Origin: Erysipelothrix inopinata
GTDB lineage: Bacteria > Bacillota_I > Bacilli_A > Erysipelotrichales > Erysipelotrichaceae
Assembly (NCBI RefSeq): GCF_014396165.1
Contig: NZ_CP060715.1
Location: forward strand, 2,040,001-2,072,000
Direction of reading: 5' to 3'
Length of the DNA: 32,000 bases
Shown: piece by piece, positions 26,283-32,000 of the stretch
Layout: the number at the start of each line of letters is the position of its first letter
Numbering within the stretch: the stretch's first letter is position 1
Notes under the pieces: generated by a model
Told to the model about the DNA's origin: nothing
What the model saw: only the letters and a program-made list of their open reading frames with translations
Database searches by the model: none
Position numbers and translations under genes: made by a program

Positions 26283-26294
26283 TGTACCAGTACA
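26283..26294. promoter_or_regulatory. Operator-like site TGTACCAGTACA (TGTAC-NN-GTACA) upstream of the ROK-GH4 operon
   Basis: Both 5-bp arms are identical to the palindrome at 22533-22544. It lies 70 nt upstream of the ROK ATG, upstream of a TTGTAG-17-TATCAT promoter candidate on the minus strand. Confidence 0.5.
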
Positions 26295-26314
26295 AATCAA
26301 CTACACCTATAGAA

Positions 26315-26348
26315 AAAAGAACAAGTCTAAATGTCAACTTGTTCTTTT
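26315..26348 (-). terminator. Terminator after the YolD-like gene
   Basis: Perfect 12-bp AT-rich stem AAAAGAACAAGT / ACTTGTTCTTTT with a 10-nt loop. The minus-strand RNA ends in a U-run. Confidence 0.65.
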
Positions 26349-26369
26349 ATTATTTTTCAGAATTATCAT

Positions 26370-26747
26370 TTAATCTACTTTCACGATTGCAATATTTCGA
26401 ATACTCTCCCAAGCAATTTCAGTTTCTCCAAGATACAAGTATTCATCATCAGCAATACCTTCAAATTTTCCGACAATACTTTCCAAAAGATTTTGGTTAT
26501 CATCTCTTATATTTAACTGTATTGAGATGGTTTTTGATTTCAAAAATGCATATTGTAGTACTTCATCAATTTCTAAACGACTCATAATCGGTAATTCTTT
26601 AACTTGATTTAAAGCTTCATCTTGTCCTTCTGTAATCACTTTAGTTAATTCCGCCAGTGAAAAAGCAGTTCCCCATTTTAGTCCAAAAGGACGATCGTGA
26701 TAATCATTGTAATCAACGAATACTTTTTTTGTTCTTTTTCGTTCCAT
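26370..26747 (-). CDS. YolD-like protein (accessory partner of Y-family polymerases)
   Basis: It is a small protein directly downstream of a UvrX/YqjW-type polymerase. The central segment DRPFGLKWGTAFSLAEL resembles the YolD-family W..F motif. The start is chosen at MERKRTKK (26747) behind GTGAGGAAG. The ORF is open to 26801, so the start is uncertain. Confidence 0.65.
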   Translation of the reverse strand: MERKRTKKVFVDYNDYHDRPFGLKWGTAFSLAELTKVITEGQDEALNQVKELPIMSRLEIDEVLQYAFLKSKTISIQLNIRDDNQNLLESIVGKFEGIADDEYLYLGETEIAWESIRNIAIVKVD

Positions 26748-28101
26748 GATTTGCTTCCTCACTTCCGATTCCTTCCAAACCACCCGCATGTCCTCCGACA
26801 AGAGAGCTTCGAGCTATTGCACGACCCCCATCCGTAAGACTGCTAGCATAAACCATTGTTTTAAAACCATACTTATTTCTCACAAGATCAACTGCTGCAT
26901 CGAGTTTTTTTTCTTTGTCTTTCAATTCAACAGGTTCAAACAAATTAATCTGTTCTTGGCGACAATGATCTAATTTTGTACAATTCACTGCTATATTTCT
27001 CACAATTTGGATATCATAATACTTATCAAAAATAGACAGCAATGTTTCCGCAATGCGATGACTATTATTGGTTGCTTCGATATTCACTTGTTTATGAAAT
27101 CCTGTTTTACCCTCATCGTCAACATAACTTAGAGAGTAACCTACCCATAGACTAACACATCGTGTTTGAACATTTTCTTTCCGTAAACGTGTGGCGACTT
27201 GATCAGCCATCTCACGAATTACCACTTCGATTTGTTTTTTATCATAATAATCACGATTCAAGACTTGTGAGTTCCCAATTGTTTTAGACTTAGGAGTGTA
27301 GTGCTCACCAAGAAATGTACGATCTATTCCCCATGCATGTGCATAAAGTTGTGTACCCAGAATACCCATTTCTTTTTTTAGCATATAGTAATCTGCTTGC
27401 GCTAAATCATATACAGAATGTATACCCAATTTTTCCAATCTCTTTGCTGTTCTTTTTCCAATACCCCAAATATCAGTTATTTCCTTCACAGGCCACAATT
27501 TAGTACAAACATCTTCATATCGCCACTCAGCTTTCATATCTTTATTATGCTTAGCTTCAATGTCCAGAGCTAATTTTGCTAATAGTGGGTTATCACCAAT
27601 ACCGACAGTCGTATAGATCCCTGTTTCCTCATATACAGTGATTTGAATCAACTTTGCAAGTTCATATGGGGTACTACAATTAAAATAAGACAACGAATCC
27701 GTTACATCTAAAAATGTTTCATCAACCGAATATGTCGCAACATTTTCATCATCAACAAATCTTCGATATATATTATTAATTTGTTTATGAATTTTCATAT
27801 AAAGGTGCATTCGTGGCGGTGCAATAAAAAGATCATCCGGATAGGGAAATGGTAAATCTCGAGCTCTACTTACGTTGCTAATATTGTATGCTTTCTTCGC
27901 TTCAGGGCTTGAAGCAAGAATGAGACCACTTCCTCGTTCTTCAGGACTATCACTTGGATAACTCATAACGACCAACTTTGCCTTCAAAGGATTTAAATTT
28001 AAGGCTACTGCTTCGCATGAAGCATAGAAACTCTTACAATCAATGCACAAGATATCTCGTGAGGGCTCTTTTTGATAATCAAACTCAAGTCTTTCTTCCA
28101 T
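26713..28101 (-). CDS. Y-family (translesion) DNA polymerase, UvrX/YqjW/ImpB-like
   Basis: ILCIDCKSFYASCEAV (catalytic Asp in IDCKSFY), YSVDETFLDVT (DE catalytic pair), a helix-hairpin-helix ITDIWGIGKRTAKRLEKLGI and a little-finger domain. RBS AAGGAGGTGG lies upstream. Confidence 0.9.
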   Translation of the reverse strand: MEERLEFDYQKEPSRDILCIDCKSFYASCEAVALNLNPLKAKLVVMSYPSDSPEERGSGLILASSPEAKKAYNISNVSRARDLPFPYPDDLFIAPPRMHLYMKIHKQINNIYRRFVDDENVATYSVDETFLDVTDSLSYFNCSTPYELAKLIQITVYEETGIYTTVGIGDNPLLAKLALDIEAKHNKDMKAEWRYEDVCTKLWPVKEITDIWGIGKRTAKRLEKLGIHSVYDLAQADYYMLKKEMGILGTQLYAHAWGIDRTFLGEHYTPKSKTIGNSQVLNRDYYDKKQIEVVIREMADQVATRLRKENVQTRCVSLWVGYSLSYVDDEGKTGFHKQVNIEATNNSHRIAETLLSIFDKYYDIQIVRNIAVNCTKLDHCRQEQINLFEPVELKDKEKKLDAAVDLVRNKYGFKTMVYASSLTDGGRAIARSSLVGGHAGGLEGIGSEEANHGTKKNKKSIR

Positions 28102-28187
28102 AACACCACCTCCTTTTCTTCTTATATTATAACTTAAATATGAGACAAATTACGGCATCTATTTTGTAATAAAATAAGAATATATTA

Positions 28188-28220
28188 AAAGACTCTACCA
28201 CTTCATGTGATAGAGTCTTT
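28188..28220 (-). terminator. Rho-independent terminator after the CnaB-repeat surface protein gene
   Basis: 10-bp stem AAAGACTCTA / TAGAGTCTTT plus 3 further inner pairs. It lies 19 nt after the stop and has a U-rich tail on the minus strand. Confidence 0.7.
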
Positions 28221-28239
28221 CAGAATTTTTATAAATTAG

Positions 28240-31200
28240 CTATGCTTCCTCTTCTTCTTTCTTACGGCTTTTTGATCTTAATTTCAAGCCTCCTATGATT
28301 GAAGCGAGTCCTGCAAGTACCAAGGTCCCATCACTTGCCACTCCAGTACCTGGAAGTGTTGGTTTTGGTTTCTCTGGATTTGGTTTTTCTGGATCAACTG
28401 TTTCTTTCACTGTATTGGTAATTGTAAATCCATCAATTGCGGATTCATAATTCGCTACAGCTTCTTCGTCGACTGTATAGATGATTTTCGCTCCAGCTTT
28501 AAACTCTGGTAATGATTTGAATGTATAGTTCCATGTATCATTTCCCTTAGTCCATTCTGGTTTCACATCTACCTTCTCGCCATTCGCATAAAGATTTACG
28601 GTAATGCTTTCTGGTCGTTTGTTCTCTTTATTCGAATTATCGTCCCATATTTTTTGACCTTCAAGATCAATAAGGGATACTTCGTGTGTATTTACGAGAT
28701 TCAATCCATTTACTACTGAGCTATAGCCTGCCACAGCTTCTTCTGTAATGGTGTATACAAGTTTCTCTCCATTTTCATATTCTGGAAGTTCTCCAAATGT
28801 ATAACTCCATGTGTTTTCTGCTTTGGTCCATTGTGCTTTCACATCTTGAGCTTCTCCATTTTTGAAGAGTGTCACTGTGATTGCTTCTGGACGAAGTCCA
28901 TCTTGATTGGATTCATCAACCCATTCTTTTTGTCCTTTTATTTCAACTACAGATGGTTTGTGAGTGTTGGTAATACTGTATCCTTCGATTCCCTTAACAT
29001 AACCAGCTACTTCTGTTTCATCTACTGTATATGTTATTTTTTCTCCAGCTTTAAATTCTGGTTGGTTTTCAAAGACATAATGCCATACATCACCTTCTGT
29101 TTGAGTCCAAACTGGTTTCACATCCACTTTTTCGCCATTTGCATAAAGTGCTACTTCCACAGCTTCTGGGCGGATACCATCTTGGTTCTTATGATCATCC
29201 CATGTCTTCGTTCCTTCAATATTGATTAATGAAACTTCATGAGTATTCACAAGATTGTAATCTGTTATTTTTGCGGTATAACCATCAACACCAAGCTCTT
29301 CAATCACGTAATTAATGATTTCTTTATTTGCATACTTAGGTAGGTTCGCAAATTTGTAACTCCATGTATTACCATTCTTAATCCATTCTGGTTTTACTTC
29401 GAGTTTCTTACCATTCGCAATTAACTTAACGACAATATTTTCTGGTCGGATACCATCTTGGTTATCATTATCATTCCATACTTTCGTTCCGGTAATTGTT
29501 CTAACTTCAGTTGCTCGGGAGTTTGTGATATTGAGGCCTTCAATCTTAGTTGTATAGCCTACAACGTCATCTTCTTTAACTGTATATTCAATCAGTTCGC
29601 CACCTTTATACTCAGGTTGATCTGCGAATACATAGTTCCAAACATCTTCATCTGTTTGACTCCAAACTGCATCGGTATCTACTTTTTCACCATTTGCGTA
29701 AAGTGTTACTACAATTGTCTCTGGTCGTTTTCCGTCTTGATCCGAGGAATCCTTCCATGTTTTTGTTCCTTCGACATTAATCTTACTTGGTGTATGACTG
29801 TTTGTGATATTGAGTCCTTGAATATCTGTTGTATAGTGCTCGACAGCTTCTTCAGTTACGGTATATTCAATATCCACACCATTTTCTTTTACATCAAGAT
29901 TCGCAAATTCATAGGTCCAAGTATTTTCTGCTTTGGTCCATGTTGGTTCTGCATTTACTTTTTCACCATTAGCGTAAAGGGTAATCTTGATTTCTTCAGG
30001 TCTGAATCCTGCGATATTACTTGCATCATCCCATGTCTTAACGCCGGTTACCACTTTCGTATCAGCTTTATGAGTATTTGTGATATCTAAGCCTGTAATC
30101 TTAGGTGTATACCCTGGCACTGTATCTTCAGTCACAGTATAGGTAATCAATTGGCCACCTTTGTATTCAGGTTGTCCTGCAAAGGTATAGATCCATGAGT
30201 GTTCACCTTTAACCCATGTTGGTTCTGCCGTTACTTCTTCGCCATTTGCATGGAGTGTAATTTTGATTTCTTCAGGTCGAATACCATCTTGGTTCTTATT
30301 ATCGTCCCATGTCTTCGTACCTGTCACATCAATCTTACTTGGTGTATGACTGTTTGTGATATTGAGTCCTTGAATATCTGTTGTATAGTGCTCGACAGCT
30401 TCTTCAGTTACGGTATATTCAATATCGACACCATTTTCTTTCACTTCAAGATTCGCAAATTCATAGGTCCAAGTATTTTCAGCTTTGGTCCATGTTGGTT
30501 CTGCGTTTACTTTTTCACCATTAGCGTAAAGGGTAATCTCAATTTCTGCTGGTCTGAATCCTGCGATATTACTTGCATCATCCCATGTCTTAATGCCGGT
30601 TACCACTTTCGTATCAGCTTTATGACTGTTTGTGATATCTAAGCCTGTAATCTTAGGTGTGTATCCTGGTACTGTATCTTCAGTCACTGTATAAGTGATC
30701 AATTGGCCACCTTTGAATTCAGGTTGTCCTGCAAAGGTATAGCTCCATGAGTGTTCACCTTTAACCCATGTAGGTTCTGCCGTTACTTCTTCGCCATTTG
30801 CATAGAGTGTAATTTTGATTTCTTCAGGTCGGATACCATCTTGGTTCTTATTATCGTCCCATGTCTTCGTACCTATCACATCAATCTTACTTGGTGTGTG
30901 ACTGTTTGTAATATTGAGTCCTTGAATATCTGTAGTGTAGTGCTCGACAGCTTCTTCAGTTACGGTATATTCAATATCGACACCATTTTCTTTCACTTCA
31001 AGATTCGCAAATTCATAGGTCCAAGTATTTTCAGCTTTGGTCCATGAAGGTTCTGCGTTTACTTTTTCACCATTAGCGTAAAGGGTAATCTCAATTTCTT
31101 CGGGTCTGAATCCTGCGATATTGCTTGCATCATCCCATGTCTTAACCCCTGTTACGGATCGTGTATCAGCCTTATGACTGTTTGTGATATCTAAACCTGT

Positions 31201-32000
31201 AATCTCAGGTGTATACCCTGGTACTGTATCTTCAGTCACAGTATAGGTAATCAATTGACCACCTTTGTATTCAGGTTGATTTGCAAAGGTATAGCTCCAT
31301 GAGTGTTCACCTTTAATCCATGTAGGTTCTGCCGTTACTTCTTCGCCATTTGCATAGAGTGTAATTTTGATTTCTTCAGGTCGGATGCCATCTTGGTTCT
31401 TATTATCGTCCCATGTCTTCGTACCTGTCACATCAATCTTACTTGGTGTATGACTGTTTGTAATGTTGAGTCCTTGAATATCTGTTGTGTAGTGTTCGAC
31501 AGCTTCTTCAGTTACGGTATATTCAATATCCACACCATTTTCTTTTTCAGGTAAATTTTCAAATGTATAGGTCCAAGTATTTTCTGCCTTGGTCCATGTT
31601 GGTTTAAGATTAAGCTCTGCACCATTGGCATGAAGTTTAACTGTAATCTCTTCGGGTCTGAATCCTGCGATATTGCTTGCATCATCCCATGTCTTAACCC
31701 CTGTTACGGATCGTGTATCAGCTTTATGACTGTTTGTGATATCTAAGCCTGTAATCTTAGGTGTATAGCCTGGCACTGTATCTTCAGTCACAGTATAGGT
31801 AATCAATTGACCACCTTTGTATTCAGGTTGTCCTGCAAAGGTATAGCTCCATGAGTGTTCACCTTTAACCCATGTTGGTTCTGCCGTTACTTTTTCACCA
31901 TTTGCATAGAGTGTAATTTTGATTTCTTCAGGTCGGATGCCATCTTGGTTCTTATTATCGTCCCATGTCTTCGTTCCTGTCACATCAATCTTACTTGGTG
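28240..32000 (-). CDS. Very large LPXTG-anchored surface protein made of CnaB-type (collagen-adhesin B-repeat) domains. Only the C-terminal part, more than 1250 aa, is in the window
   Basis: - Thirteen consecutive 92-aa modules follow the pattern GTKTWDD.N.DG.RP..I.V.LYANGE ... W.Y.F..LP ... YTVTE..V.GY ... ITN.
- The modules are followed by a PEKPNPEKPKP linker.
- The anchor is LPGTG (28342-28356), a TM helix and a charged tail.
- The frame stays open to the window edge. The M at 31983 in the ORF track is a GTG inside the repeat (..PSKIDVTGTKTW). Confidence 0.92.
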   Translation of the reverse strand, partial: PSKIDVTGTKTWDDNKNQDGIRPEEIKITLYANGEKVTAEPTWVKGEHSWSYTFAGQPEYKGGQLITYTVTEDTVPGYTPKITGLDITNSHKADTRSVTGVKTWDDASNIAGFRPEEITVKLHANGAELNLKPTWTKAENTWTYTFENLPEKENGVDIEYTVTEEAVEHYTTDIQGLNITNSHTPSKIDVTGTKTWDDNKNQDGIRPEEIKITLYANGEEVTAEPTWIKGEHSWSYTFANQPEYKGGQLITYTVTEDTVPGYTPEITGLDITNSHKADTRSVTGVKTWDDASNIAGFRPEEIEITLYANGEKVNAEPSWTKAENTWTYEFANLEVKENGVDIEYTVTEEAVEHYTTDIQGLNITNSHTPSKIDVIGTKTWDDNKNQDGIRPEEIKITLYANGEEVTAEPTWVKGEHSWSYTFAGQPEFKGGQLITYTVTEDTVPGYTPKITGLDITNSHKADTKVVTGIKTWDDASNIAGFRPAEIEITLYANGEKVNAEPTWTKAENTWTYEFANLEVKENGVDIEYTVTEEAVEHYTTDIQGLNITNSHTPSKIDVTGTKTWDDNKNQDGIRPEEIKITLHANGEEVTAEPTWVKGEHSWIYTFAGQPEYKGGQLITYTVTEDTVPGYTPKITGLDITNTHKADTKVVTGVKTWDDASNIAGFRPEEIKITLYANGEKVNAEPTWTKAENTWTYEFANLDVKENGVDIEYTVTEEAVEHYTTDIQGLNITNSHTPSKINVEGTKTWKDSSDQDGKRPETIVVTLYANGEKVDTDAVWSQTDEDVWNYVFADQPEYKGGELIEYTVKEDDVVGYTTKIEGLNITNSRATEVRTITGTKVWNDNDNQDGIRPENIVVKLIANGKKLEVKPEWIKNGNTWSYKFANLPKYANKEIINYVIEELGVDGYTAKITDYNLVNTHEVSLINIEGTKTWDDHKNQDGIRPEAVEVALYANGEKVDVKPVWTQTEGDVWHYVFENQPEFKAGEKITYTVDETEVAGYVKGIEGYSITNTHKPSVVEIKGQKEWVDESNQDGLRPEAITVTLFKNGEAQDVKAQWTKAENTWSYTFGELPEYENGEKLVYTITEEAVAGYSSVVNGLNLVNTHEVSLIDLEGQKIWDDNSNKENKRPESITVNLYANGEKVDVKPEWTKGNDTWNYTFKSLPEFKAGAKIIYTVDEEAVANYESAIDGFTITNTVKETVDPEKPNPEKPKPTLPGTGVASDGTLVLAGLASIIGGLKLRSKSRKKEEEEA
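29776..32000. repeat. Tandem DNA repeat, 552-bp unit (two alternating CnaB module types, A and B), at least 4 copies and continuing beyond the window
   Basis: Protein modules A1-B1 to A4-B4 are nearly identical. Spurious plus-strand ORFs recur at 30199, 30751 and 31303, which is exactly 552-nt spacing. Long identical nucleotide strings recur, for example ggtcgaataccatcttggttcttattatcgtcccatgtcttcgtacc. Confidence 0.9.

Noticed and set aside
28831-31554. A series of Cys/Phe-rich plus-strand ORFs (28831-29229, 29458-30090, 30199-30642, 30751-31047, 31303-31554) that repeat every 552 nt.
   Set aside because: They are the antisense image of the CnaB tandem repeat. The periodicity comes from the repeat itself, not from an independent gene family.
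1-32000. A search for defence systems, toxin-antitoxin pairs, CRISPR repeats, integrases or transposases, tRNA or rRNA genes and prophage remnants.
   Set aside because: None was recognisable. Every ORF over about 100 aa has a plausible housekeeping, transport, regulatory or surface-protein assignment. The intergenic regions are short and are explained by promoters, operators and terminators. Small ORFs under 60 aa were not systematically evaluated.

Overview
This is a low-GC, Bacillota-type chromosomal window with about 23 protein-coding genes, most on the minus strand. By eye I found no rRNA, tRNA, CRISPR array, IS or transposase, or phage genes. I also found no obvious defence-style cassette.

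Gene order, left to right:
- Rrf2-family regulator, 3' end only.
- CNNM/CorC-type CBS-domain transporter.
- A cca / MacB-type ABC ATPase / giant FtsX-type permease operon.
- Membrane-tethered XRE regulator.
- Divergent PNPOx-like gene preceded by a LacI-type operator, with a LacI-family regulator upstream.
- phnDCEE-type ABC importer.
- LemA-DUF3137 pair.
- Class I fructose-bisphosphate aldolase.
- A roughly 4.7 kb sortase-anchored multi-enzyme surface protein (purple-acid-phosphatase-like metallophosphoesterase + GH8 + three FN3 domains). Its reading frame is broken between the signal-peptide module and the enzyme body.
- MocR-type (GntR HTH + aminotransferase-fold) regulator.
- Lac/Cel-family PTS IIC.
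- ROK kinase / GH4 6-phospho-beta-glucosidase operon.
- Y-family DNA polymerase plus YolD-like gene.
- The 3' 3.7 kb of a very large LPXTG protein built from CnaB repeats, encoded by near-identical 552-bp tandem DNA units.

The most interesting signal is a 12-bp palindrome, TGTAC-NN-GTACA. It sits in front of three transcription units around the MocR gene: the regulator/PTS IIC divergent region, the ROK-GH4 operon and the chimeric surface enzyme. This suggests a previously undescribed MocR-controlled glycan, possibly amino-sugar, utilisation regulon. That is an inference from sequence only. All functional calls rest on recognisable family motifs in the translated ORFs, not on database searches.
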